A DNA stretch of 64,000 bases, from contig NC_007912.1 in NCBI RefSeq assembly GCF_000013665.1, positions 4,399,684 through 4,463,683 of the forward strand. The letters are read 5' to 3'. The DNA is from Saccharophagus degradans 2-40. Its GTDB lineage: Bacteria > Pseudomonadota > Gammaproteobacteria > Pseudomonadales > Cellvibrionaceae. Of the stretch, positions 8,418 to 18,900 are shown one piece after another. Numbering within the stretch: position 1 is the stretch's first letter; the number at the start of each line of letters is the position of its first letter. The notes beneath the pieces are model-generated. The model worked only from the letters and a program-made list of their open reading frames with translations. It did no database searches and had not been told where the DNA came from. The position numbers and the translations under genes are program-made.

Positions 8418-8644
8418 GAATTTGGTGTCGTAAAATAAGGGACACCAAATTCATTACCTATATCCGCATCATTAATCATCTTAACTGCGGCTTGTACACA
8501 ATTATTGAAATACAAGTTATACGTATTATTTCCAGAATTTACACTATTACTAAAAGATAGAACACTTGAATATATTTTCGCATCCTGCTGGGGTGTCGTA
8601 GAATAAATACGAGTGCCATCCTCCGGTGCTACATGCCGCATCAA
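8354..8644 (-). CDS. Small ORF (96 aa), possibly a gene remnant
   Basis: It overlaps the start of the GspG-like ORF in a different frame. It has no motif and weak support. Confidence 0.15.
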   Translation of the reverse strand: MMRHVAPEDGTRIYSTTPQQDAKIYSSVLSFSNSVNSGNNTYNLYFNNCVQAAVKMINDADIGNEFGVPYFTTPNSWYQNLNMVRPLISSNMQSVL

Positions 8645-8760
8645 CGTAAAACTTGTCCCAGAAGCATTACCTGTAAACAGATTTACATTATATCCGCCAA
8701 AATCAGCTTATCGATAGCCGGACAGTCACCCTTATGCGGTTAGATCCCCCGTATAATTAC

Positions 8761-11019
8761 TCAGATTTGAAACTGAGATAGAATCGTATCATCTTTTATT
8801 TTGCTATCATTGGCCAAAAGAAACGCCTTACTTAGAATTATCGATAGCATATAATCCTCCTGAAACGGAAGAAATAATTTATTAACTTTTCGCATACTCG
8901 CTGAAAAATGAGTAGGGACAATACACAAATATTGATCGTTAGGGCTCATCAATATATTGCCGCTTCCCAAATGTATTTTATATTGTCTCTGGTCTCCATT
9001 AACGATTAGAAAGCGTTCTATCAGTTCACACTTTTTCGATATATTGAGCTTAGGAAGAATATGACGTAGGGCGGTTTTTCTTGTGTCGGCAGTGGAAGTA
9101 AGCTCGCCAAATGCGGTACTGTCCCAAGTACCCAGATAACCCTCTATACCGCTTTCTTTCCACTCTGGGTCCGTTGCTACGCTGCACACCCCAACGAATA
9201 GATCCACGTCTCTCATCAATTCGCTAAACACAATTTCGGGAACATCTTCAATGCAAATTCGATTGCCATCGACACTAAAAAATACTTGATCTGTAGCTAG
9301 ATATTCGTAGTAGCCAGACGCCGTCTGATGCTCTTTGGCTACCTCCTGCACAGAGAAGGTGGCTCTCACTAGCGGTGTAGATTTTTCTGCATTATTGTGC
9401 ATGCGGTATTCGCCACCGTCACCAATCATGTTAAAGCTCCACCCGCGCTGCTTAGCTAAGGCAGCAAATTTTGGCTGAAATATAATATGTGCAGCGAAGC
9501 GATTAGAGTATTCTTTCGTTTGCCTTTCGGCGTCGGTGATAACATACACCTCCCTAAACGCCTGCTTGAATGGCTGAAGCACCTCCGAATCAAAAATGAA
9601 AGTCTGCCACGCCTCACTTTCAGATAGTGTCGCCCGGACAGGATGCCAAAGCTTCATTCGAGCCACTTCATTCTTTACGGCGACGTTAACACCATCGCAT
9701 CCTACCAAACCCTCCCCCCTCCACATGCAGGAGAATTGCTGATTTTCTTGGGAGCACACCCATATCAAATCTCTAGCAATGGCACCCAACAAAGGATTGT
9801 CAATAAAACGCTCCTTCCATTGTTGGAAGCTCCACTCTCGATCTTTAAGAAAATAGGATTCAATCCGCGTACGCCACCCTGACAAGCTGCCCTCAATGGC
9901 CTTCTGTAGTTTTTTAAATGATTTTATTTCATCCACATAACTACGTTTTATTTCCGCAGGTACTGCTTTATGTGTTTTTAAGCCACTATTCCAAACCAAC
10001 GTTACTTGCTTACCATCTTCTATTTTTATAATGCCTTCAATATCGTCGAACCACTCCCTCACTTCGAAGTCGGAATTTAACTCCATAGTCGGAACAGAAA
10101 TTTCATGAATATCATCGTCATCAAAACCCGACGCGGATAGATTATCACGAATCTCTTTTGTTTTTCGCTTAATAAAAGAGCTCGTTTGCGAATACTCGCA
10201 TGCATCGTATATTCGATTTATATACCCTAACGCTGAGTCTAAATTCATTTCGGACAGTATTAGAACAGTAGCGTTAGTGATTTTTTTTGAGCGCGCCCCA
10301 TAGCCAGATATTTTTTTAATACAGGATACACCCACGCTGCTAATAACGGAGGCCATTCGCTCCGACTCAATTAACCCGCCCAACCAAACTAAGCCTTTTA
10401 TAGTATCTATATTTCTCGAGTGGAATATATAACCTGTACGCTTTGCAACATATTCGAATCCCTCATCCCAAGCGTAATACGAGCACGAAGTTCGCTTGGG
10501 GTTCGTCACCAGATTAAGCACAAGCTCTAATTCACGAACCAACATATCATCGTTTTCCACTAAAACCTTAGCTGTCTTCTTCCATGCAGGCGAAGGTTTA
10601 CTGGCCGACACATTGGCCATTTCTAACACATTGTTCCAAATAGCTTTTCGCTCGTCGCTCAGCCCGTTAAACCACTGATATAAATCTGCCGCCCACTGGT
10701 CGTATGCCACGTTAGGGCATACTTCTTTTTTCGCAGTTCGCACACGTACATTGATAAGAAATAATAAAAACTCATACTCTTTAAACACCGCTTTTAACTT
10801 ATTATGTAGAGCATCAACTTTTTCAAGTTCACCCTCTTTAATATCCACACTATCCATAAACCGGCCTAGCGCCATAAAAAAATCGCCGCCACACCCTGAA
10901 GATTCACTCTCACAACCCGCAAAGAAATCATCAGCATGGGCAATTAGCGCCTCCATGGAAATCAGTACACTATTTTTCACTATAACTATCCTTTTTTGTA
11001 TTTTTCTAACCGCCAACAA
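8761..11019 (-). CDS. Large hypothetical protein (752 aa), last gene of the Ubl-containing operon. A possible DUF4132-like C-terminal region (YKIHLGSGNILMSPNDQYLCIVP) is recalled from memory, not verified.
   Basis: A long uninterrupted ORF whose start overlaps the stop of the upstream Ubl gene by 14 nt (translational coupling). No P-loop, ThiF, UBC or JAB motif was recognised by eye. Confidence 0.65.
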   Translation of the reverse strand: MLAVRKIQKRIVIVKNSVLISMEALIAHADDFFAGCESESSGCGGDFFMALGRFMDSVDIKEGELEKVDALHNKLKAVFKEYEFLLFLINVRVRTAKKEVCPNVAYDQWAADLYQWFNGLSDERKAIWNNVLEMANVSASKPSPAWKKTAKVLVENDDMLVRELELVLNLVTNPKRTSCSYYAWDEGFEYVAKRTGYIFHSRNIDTIKGLVWLGGLIESERMASVISSVGVSCIKKISGYGARSKKITNATVLILSEMNLDSALGYINRIYDACEYSQTSSFIKRKTKEIRDNLSASGFDDDDIHEISVPTMELNSDFEVREWFDDIEGIIKIEDGKQVTLVWNSGLKTHKAVPAEIKRSYVDEIKSFKKLQKAIEGSLSGWRTRIESYFLKDREWSFQQWKERFIDNPLLGAIARDLIWVCSQENQQFSCMWRGEGLVGCDGVNVAVKNEVARMKLWHPVRATLSESEAWQTFIFDSEVLQPFKQAFREVYVITDAERQTKEYSNRFAAHIIFQPKFAALAKQRGWSFNMIGDGGEYRMHNNAEKSTPLVRATFSVQEVAKEHQTASGYYEYLATDQVFFSVDGNRICIEDVPEIVFSELMRDVDLFVGVCSVATDPEWKESGIEGYLGTWDSTAFGELTSTADTRKTALRHILPKLNISKKCELIERFLIVNGDQRQYKIHLGSGNILMSPNDQYLCIVPTHFSASMRKVNKLFLPFQEDYMLSIILSKAFLLANDSKIKDDTILSQFQI

Positions 11020-11344
11020 GAGGCACCAATTTTAAAAGCGTAATAACAGTACCATTTGAGAAAACGATTTTCTCATCAAGACTTTCTATTTGAACATCAT
11101 CAACCAGTATTACAAACCCGTTCGCCTCAAATGACTGCTTAAGAGCACGATAGGACTCCGTCAAAGTACTTTCCTGCAAACCTCCTTTTGCATTCCTCCT
11201 CCCATTTTGCTGAAGCAGAGTCTGGTTTATTTTTTCTTTTAGTACGTCCCCGACAGAAACCGGCCCATCGGGCACGGTCAAAAACAACGACATTACCTCT
11301 TTTGAGTACAGCGCTTCTTCTTTGATATTTACACTAACACCCAT
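11006..11344 (-). CDS. Ubiquitin-like beta-grasp protein with a C-terminal di-glycine (…VITLLKLVPLVGG-stop)
   Basis: The C-terminal 35 aa (FVILVDDVQIESLDEKIVFSNGTVITLLKLVPLVGG) resemble the ubiquitin/ThiS/MoaD tail (…TLHLVLRLRGG). The stop codon follows GG immediately. The ORF is 112 aa. Confidence 0.5.
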   Translation of the reverse strand: MGVSVNIKEEALYSKEVMSLFLTVPDGPVSVGDVLKEKINQTLLQQNGRRNAKGGLQESTLTESYRALKQSFEANGFVILVDDVQIESLDEKIVFSNGTVITLLKLVPLVGG

Positions 11345-11423
11345 TCTATTTCTCGCATGATATTGTTACAACAATTAGAACCAAGGCACCAATAGCCATG
11401 AATACCAGTACATAAATTTAGCT

Positions 11424-11735
11424 TTACTGCAAATCGCTTTTAATAACCCCTCTTGCCAAACACAAATAATAGCCAACCTCTAGCAACAAGCCTAACAACA
11501 CAACACTGGCAACCAAAATAGGCATACCCAAGCCCGCAGACTGGACGGCCAAACAGATTGCAATGGAAACCAATACAGCTACACCAGCAGTGGTGAATGC
11601 TGACTTTTTGTTAACGGTTATATTCTTATGGCAACCACCGCATGGAATAGACGCGGGATTAACCGCCCGCAACACATCCCAAAAAGAAAGTTGTTTAGCG
11701 CAGTGGGGGCAATTTTTCATGGGTAGAATTCTCAC
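11424..11735 (-). CDS. Zinc-ribbon membrane protein (CPHC...CGGC followed by two TM helices)
   Basis: The translation is MRILPMKNCPHCAKQLSFWDVLRAVNPASIPCGGCHKNI followed by hydrophobic segments. It lies 5 bp downstream of the SPOUT gene. Confidence 0.5.
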   Translation of the reverse strand: MRILPMKNCPHCAKQLSFWDVLRAVNPASIPCGGCHKNITVNKKSAFTTAGVAVLVSIAICLAVQSAGLGMPILVASVVLLGLLLEVGYYLCLARGVIKSDLQ

Positions 11736-11740
11736 ATAAT

Positions 11741-12226
11741 TTAATGGGTTGGGCGTTTAAACTTAAAGCCCTGAATGGCGTTGCACTCTTCTCTATCTTT
11801 AGTATACACATTAAAGATAATGCCACAGGCGGTATTAACATTAATAGACGCGCCCGTACCGTATTGAGGAATATACACGCAATAATGGCAACGCTTTAGT
11901 ATATTTTCGTGAATGCCATCACCTTCGTTACCCATAATAAAAAGCGTGTCTCGTTCGAAGCGCATTTTATTTATCGATTTAGCCTGCTCGGTAATTTCCA
12001 CCCCCACAAAATCGTAACCGGCTTGGCCATAGTATTCAAAGGCTTCGTCTATTTGAAAAAAGTGTCGGAATTTAGTGGTAGAGGCGGTTTTTTGATTGCC
12101 ATAGGTAGAGAACTTTTTGCGGCCAATAACGCAAATTTCTTCGGCCCCAAAGGCATTAGCGGTACGGATAAGCTGACCAATATTGGTATTGCTTTGTACA
12201 TTAAAGATTAGGAGAACAAATTTCAT
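11741..12226 (-). CDS. SpoU/TrmH-family (SPOUT) RNA 2'-O-methyltransferase
   Basis: The translation NIGQLIRTANAFGAEEICVIG...FIMGNEGDGIHENILKRCHYCVYIPQYGTGASINVNTACGIIF is the SPOUT knot with SAM-binding motifs. The ORF track begins at a GTG (12235). An ATG lies at 12224-12226. Confidence 0.8.
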   Translation of the reverse strand: MKFVLLIFNVQSNTNIGQLIRTANAFGAEEICVIGRKKFSTYGNQKTASTTKFRHFFQIDEAFEYYGQAGYDFVGVEITEQAKSINKMRFERDTLFIMGNEGDGIHENILKRCHYCVYIPQYGTGASINVNTACGIIFNVYTKDREECNAIQGFKFKRPTH

Positions 12227-12339
12227 GGGTTGCACCGTAGCAATTGGTGGCTTAAGACATCTACATTCATTATTGTTTGCTTTTTAAAGCTTTGCCTCGT
12301 CGACAGCTTGGGGGACGATCATACCTACAAATAAAATTA

Positions 12340-12835
12340 GTCACCAATCCAACGCACCATTAATCAGCCATTCGAACCGGCTGAGCATTCAAAATGGCCA
12401 CGCCAAGGATGGCGTGACCAAGCTACACGGATGTATTTACGCGTTTTTGAATGCTTAGCCGGTTTGAGTGGCGAGCTACAGCGAAAAAACAACACACAAT
12501 AAAACTCTCCATACACGTACCCCAACCAGCCAATCGAATCGGCTGAGCATTCAAAATGGCCACGCCAAGGATGGCGTGACCAAGCTACACGGATGTATTT
12601 ACGCGTTTATGAATGCTTAGCCGGTTTGAGTGGCGAGCTACAGCGGAAAAACAACACACAATAAAACTCTCCATACACGTACCCCAACCAGCCAATAGAA
12701 TCGGCTGAGCATTCAAAATGGCCACGCCAAGGATGGCGTGACCAAGCTACACGGAAGTATTTACGCGCTTTTGAATGCTTAGCCGGTTTGAGTGGCGAGC
12801 TACAGCGACCAACACACATGCCCACCTTTATTCAA
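12340..12835. repeat. Three tandem copies of a ~165-170-bp structured repeat unit
   Basis: The unit ...aatcggctgagcattcaaaatggccacgccaaggatggcgtgaccaagctacacggatgtatttacgcgtttttgaatgcttagccggtttgagtggcgagctacagcg... recurs at 12379, 12541 and 12712. Each unit holds a 15-bp inverted repeat (gctgagcattcaaaa / ttttgaatgcttagc) enclosing a second hairpin (ggccacgcc...ggcgtgacc). Copies are >95% identical. Confidence 0.9.
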
Positions 12836-12909
12836 GCCCAAAAAAACCCAGCATAAGCTGGGTCTTGTAGGAGCGTGCGACCAACTTGCGTCGCACTTTC
12901 TACAGCAAC

Positions 12910-15900
12910 TTAGGGCGCGAAGGCATTAAGGATGTCGTCGCGCGCAGTACTGTTGAATAACAGGCCTTTTTCTTTGGCACCGGCTTCGCGCATATAACCA
13001 GAGCGAACCATTGGGCCATCGCCTAACTCATCTTCTGCAAATACAAATGGATGTAGCTCATCGCCATCCATATGTAATAGTTTTGCCAAGCCATCTGAAA
13101 TGCTATAACCAACGGTATCAATACCGCCTTTGGTCATTTTATTTGCTGCCACCTCTGCAAAGAAAGCGCGCTGACCGTTGTCGTTTACACGCTCAAACAT
13201 TACAAAGATATTTGCATCGGCATACACACCATTATCAGATACTAAGTAAGCTTTAACATGGAAACCACCTTGGTGATCGTAACCATCACCAACCCATAAG
13301 CTTACTTCGACGCTGGTACCTAATTGGCCCATAGTGTTAATAACGTCATCCAAGCTTGTGGCTAACACAGGTGTGAATGTACCGTCGCCATTGTCGGTCC
13401 ACTGGGTAGTTACACCATTTGCGCACATTAAGCTTTCTGGTAAGCCATCGCCGCCCCAATCGCAATCAAACATCATGCTGTCTTCTTGCGTGGTAATTTC
13501 GGCAATGTAGGCTTTAGCACCACTGTTAAAGGTATCGGTTTCTAAAAGGCCAACTTCGTAAGCGTCATCAAGCACCGCCCAAATGGGTACGCCGAACATA
13601 TCTAATTCAAACAATTCAACATGTTGCGGGTCGATGGTAGATACATTGCCGGCAAAAGTATTTTCAAGAATGGCTACTTGATCTACATCGACAAAGTTGC
13701 TGATAAGTTTCACTTCATCAACCATATCGATACCGTTGTCGGTGATATACATGGCGCCTTCCATCTCGGCCGAAATATCTACCCAATCGTTTGCGGTATC
13801 AAAATCGTAGCCGAAGATAGTTTCTACAATACCAGTAGCTAAAGCACCGTATTCGAACTCGGCTTGGTCTGGTTGACCATCACCGTTTTCATCCCACATA
13901 TCACCCCAGAACCACGCTACACCGTTATCGATAACAGTTTTTTCTGCAACCTCTGCTGGCAAGGTGCCCATTACATCGGCGGCGCCATTACACACTACGC
14001 TGCCATCATCTGGGCCGTGGTTTTCGGTGAAGCTAAAGCTGAAAGTGCCACTGCCTTCTGAGTAAACACCGGTAGCGCTAAAGTTACTATCGCCAATGAA
14101 GGTTAAGCCACCGCTTGCATCCATAATGGCAAACAAACCGTGATCATCTTCGTCGTCACTTTCAATATGGAAGAACACTTGTGTGCCTACGCTTTCGATT
14201 TCCATAAATAGCAATTCGTCTTCGTTGGCTACACACTGCTGGGTATCCCAGTCGTATTCTTCACTACCCGTTTGATGAGCTACTTCTACCATGTAGAAGC
14301 CGCTCATGTTTGGCACCATTGCGTCACAAGCATCACCAATACCGTTGCTATCAGCATCTGCTTGATCTTGGTTTGGCACTATGCGGCAGTTATCTACCAT
14401 GTCGGAGATGCCATCGGAATCTACATCCATGTCAGACTCTGAGCCACATGCTGAACCGTCTACGTTAAAACAGGCTGGTTCAGTGCTGTCACAAGGACTG
14501 CCATCTGGGTTGGTACAGCCGCCATCACATGGGGTGCCGTCTGGGTTGGTACAGCCGCCATCACATGGGGTGCCGTCTGGGTTGGTACAGCCGCCGTCAC
14601 ATGGGGTGCCGTCTGGGTTGGTACAGCCGCCGTCACATGGGGTGCCGTCTGGGTTGGTACAACCGCTACCACATGGTGTGCCATCTGGGTTCACACAGGC
14701 TTGCGAATTATCTTCAAGCACGCGTACCTGTACATCAAAACCACTATCGAACAGGTCAACCATCCAGCGCACACCATTGGCGTCGGTGTACTCTAGGTAG
14801 TAGCCGCGATTGGCTTCACGGGGGAACTCAAACATTGCGCCGGTTTCAAATTCGCCGGTTGTTTCGTTAAACGTTCCCAACCCCACATCGTTAGTAGTAT
14901 CAGCAGTGCTAACGATTAAACCGCTAGCAGTTACTTCTACATTAAACGCCCCCATGTCTGTCATTTCGGGGGTTAGCTTGCCGCCATCATCCAAAAATAG
15001 TGAGGCAGCGCCACCGTCACCTAAGAAGAACTCCGCCACAACAGCTGGGCAATCGAAACAGTCGCCAGGGCCACCAGGGCCGCCGTGCACTTCCCACCAT
15101 TCCAAGTGGCCTTCGCCGTTGCCGCGCAAGTCAGTGAAGATATTCATTTGCTTATCGCTAAAGGTAAGTGTGAATTCACCCCAGCCCATGCTTTCTTCAA
15201 CCGTACCCGTATAAGTACCATCTTCATTGGCGGTAAGGTCTTGGTGCCCCATGTCGGTCATTTGAGTTACACCTTCTAGTGCATCGCTAAAGGTAAATAC
15301 CCAAAGTCCTTCAAGATACGTAGCGCTTACATCGGTTGTGCCATCACCGTTAATATCGTGATCACCCGCCAAACTCTGACGAGGTGGAGGCAAGTACCAC
15401 GCTAATTTAACAGTGCCATTGCGAATGTAACGCACATCGAAATCGACAGGTTGGCCGCTATTGTGAGCAATAAACATAAAGGCAGGTGAAGAGATATCTA
15501 AAGTTGCCTCGCCTTCGCCGTGGTAGCTATCGCCACCTGCGGTTAGGGTAAAGTCTGCCCATAACTCAACATTGCCTTCGTGATTAACAAAGCTATTGAT
15601 GTTTAGCTCAATGATTTTTGAGCCTTGATCTGGGTCTACCAATACATAGAACCCAGGCATGCTCAAATCAATATTACCTTGGTCGTTAACAGGACCTTCT
15701 ATTACTAGCGCCATTGGGAAGTTTTCTGAAACACCCATGCTGGTGCCATCGCCGCTTCCGGTAAAGAAGTCCGTCATTACTGACGTGTCATCCATATCGC
15801 CGCAGCTTAGTGAAAACTCATCGGTAGAAATTACACCGCAGGTTGGCGGAACAATTTCTGCGTCTGGGTTGGAAAGGTCCACATTAAAGCTTACTACCGA

Positions 15901-18900
15901 GCCACTGGTTAGCTGGCCAGAAGTAAGGTGGTGGCGACCGCCGTCTACAAAGGCTTCGGTCACGCCGGTGCCTAAGTTGAGGGTCGCCGACGGTGCGTCA
16001 TCAGCCGCTACAGATCCAACGGTAAACAGGGTGTTTTCGTCGGTACAACCTTCTGTAGATGGCAATGCTTGTCCACCGTCAGCACTGCTTGCCAAGCACA
16101 CGGTGCTACCCGCCTGCAGAACAATTTCGTTATCGATATAACCGCCGCCGTCGCCGCCGGTTGTTGTTACATCTTCTACTGTGAAGCTACTGATACCGAT
16201 AAAGTCGCCGGCATCGTTTTGTAAACGTGCATTGAGGGTGAAGTCACAGCTGCGACCACCTAACCACGATAGGTGTACGTTAAAGTTAGGACGGACATCA
16301 CGGCCAGTTTCATCGCGTGCAGGTGCATAGAATTGCACGTTTTCTTCTGGACGATAATCTTCACTAGGCAATGAAGCTGGGCAGTAAACAACTAGCTCGT
16401 ATTCGAACGCACCGGGGATGATGGCTCCGCCGAATTTTAATTCGCGGTTTACATCTAGGCTGGTGAGTTCGCTAAAGCTTGTAGGCTCTTCGCTGCCAAT
16501 TTCTATGGTCATATCGGTTAGTACGCTAACTGAACTTGGCACTAACACGCCCATTTTACCGCTTACATCAGGGCGCGCGGGGCAAGCTTCGCTACCGCAC
16601 ATAAAGGCATTGCCGTTTAGATCCACTGGAGCGCGGAACTGCACTGTGTATTCAAAATCTACACGCTGCGGCAATACATCCATTGTTGCGGTTGGTACTT
16701 CCAACTGGAAGCTAACGCGATCGCCAGATCGTTGTTTTAGCGAAACAACCACGTCGCCGGCAACATCGCGACCACTACATTGATAATCGCTGAACTCGCC
16801 AAAGTCATTAATGGTGGCTGGTGTACAGGTAAACGTAAGTTGCTCGCCTGCATCCGCACCAAATATTGCGCTATCAATTAATACCGCTTGAATGTCACCA
16901 GGGTAGAGGTTGAAGGTTTCAACAAGGAACGACATATCCACGCCACCTTCACCATCGGTTTGCGCCAGTGAGGTTACGTGCAAGCCTTCGTTAAAGCCGC
17001 CGCCACCTGCAGAGCCACCAGTAGACGGTGCGGTGCCTGGTACGTTTGGATCATTGTCGTTTGGATCGAACAGTGCAGGTACGCCATCGAAGTCGGCGTC
17101 GAACACATTACCCACAACCGTATCTGGCGCTGCAGCTATAGCAAGGTTCGGCATATCTGCTGGGCAGGTACGGCCTTCATCTAAGAAGCACACCACATTG
17201 CGTGGGTCCAACTCGCCGCTATCGTTAGCGATATCTGCAAATGGCACTACATCTAAACTAATTTCAAAATTAGCATGCGGGTCGTCGGCAGGCAGATGGC
17301 GAACAACACGCGCTAAGAATGCAGGAGAGTCGGGTTCTGCTGCCATGTCATCAAATATGGCGATGATGTTGTTGTGCTTTAAGTTACCCACAAAACTGGT
17401 GGAAAACTCAGGTGCAGGGTCCATCACATATGCCAAGGTTTGTTTGTTAAAGCTTAGTTTTACAAAAGTGATACCAGCGCGACCTGCATTAATGCGCACA
17501 GGAATGCTGCTGAAATCGGGTGGGTTACCAAACACTGTGTCGAAATCTTCAATGGAGCTAATGTTATCGCCAAAGTGGTTACTTGCGTAACGGATGAACA
17601 CACCATCGGTTGCACTTGCTAGTGCGTTATATGGCTCTACGTTGCCGTCAAAGCTAAGCACTTGGTCTGGCAACCAGTCTGGGCCCATGTAGTCGGTTGG
17701 GTTTTGCAATACTACCCAATCGCCATAGTTCATTAAGTAGTGACGCATTCCACCGTCACCAGCACTACCTGCGGGCACATCTTCAAATTTCGCATCAGGA
17801 GCCTCTAAGTTGCGCAAGCTGTTAACCATGGCGAAACCAATATCAATAAACTGCTGTTGGTTGCCATTGGGGTCGTCGAAGCTATCCATAAAGCGCAATT
17901 CAATTACCCAGAATGCGCCACCGGCATCGCGCATTAAATACAAGCGATCGTGCTCGAATGATACGGTAGGGTCGAGTGCAATTTCTGATAAGAGTATAGA
18001 GCTATCAGCTACGGCTTCTGCTACTACGCTACCCACATTCGCCCCAAGTACTGAGTGCAAACCGAACAATGGATTCAAGCCTGAGGAATCACTAAGAGAT
18101 AACTCCAACTCCCCGGCGTTGTAACCACCAAACATTGGTGCAAAGCCAACACCGTTAGCGCCTACAATGCTCACACCGTTTGCAGTGGTTTCGAAGGTGA
18201 AATCAACGGTACCTTGTTCGTCACTTTCTTCCGCTGCGGTCAGGTAGATAGGTGCACCAGGAACGGTAAAGTTAGAAACATCAATCCCTTCGATTGAACT
18301 TGTGCCATCGCCATTAGGACGACTTTGATCGGCCACAATGCCTAGGCCTGGAACATTAGTGAAGGCCTGGTCTGGACCAATAAACATGGGGTACATGGCA
18401 TCGCATAAGTTAAAGTCTGGTGCGTAGCCATCTACATAAAAGAACAATTCAGGAAGTTGCGTTTGATAGCTGGAAATGCCGAAGCGCAATACATAATCGC
18501 GGCCATAGTTTTCGCCATCTTTCGACGCAAGACCTTCGATAGTGTAAGTGCGACGCACAGGGCCACTACCACTTTCTAGCGTACTGGTAATGGTTGCATC
18601 TAGCTTATCGCCTTTGAAAAACTCACCTGTTGCATGATTGTAGCTAACCGCGAACACGCTCAGGTTTAAATTTTGTTGCGCATTGCTAGATAAGGGGTCG
18701 GCACCGTCGAAACGTTCTACCGTACAGCTAATATCCACCGTATCGTTACGCGATCCTAAGTCATCGGCAAAATCTTCTGCATTGTGTTCTTTAAACTCGG
18801 GCAACTCGGGCAAGCCATCGATAGAACCTAACACTTCTGCACGTGCTGCTGCGAAAAATTCACCATTACTTATTGCTGTTACATTTAATAAAGAAGATAC

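Noticed and set aside
8354-8644. 96-aa ORF as a bona fide gene
   Set aside because: It overlaps the GspG-like start in another frame, has no motif, and its upstream frame closes quickly. At best it is a remnant.
12607-12825. 72-aa ORF inside the tandem structured repeat
   Set aside because: It lies entirely within the repeat units, and its translation is itself repetitive (…CSSPLKPAKHS twice). It is an artefact of the repeat.
12340-12835. Possible CRISPR array because of regularly spaced palindromic repeats
   Set aside because: The units are ~165-170 bp and contiguous, with no unique spacers between short repeats. The repeat is the whole unit. No cas genes are nearby.
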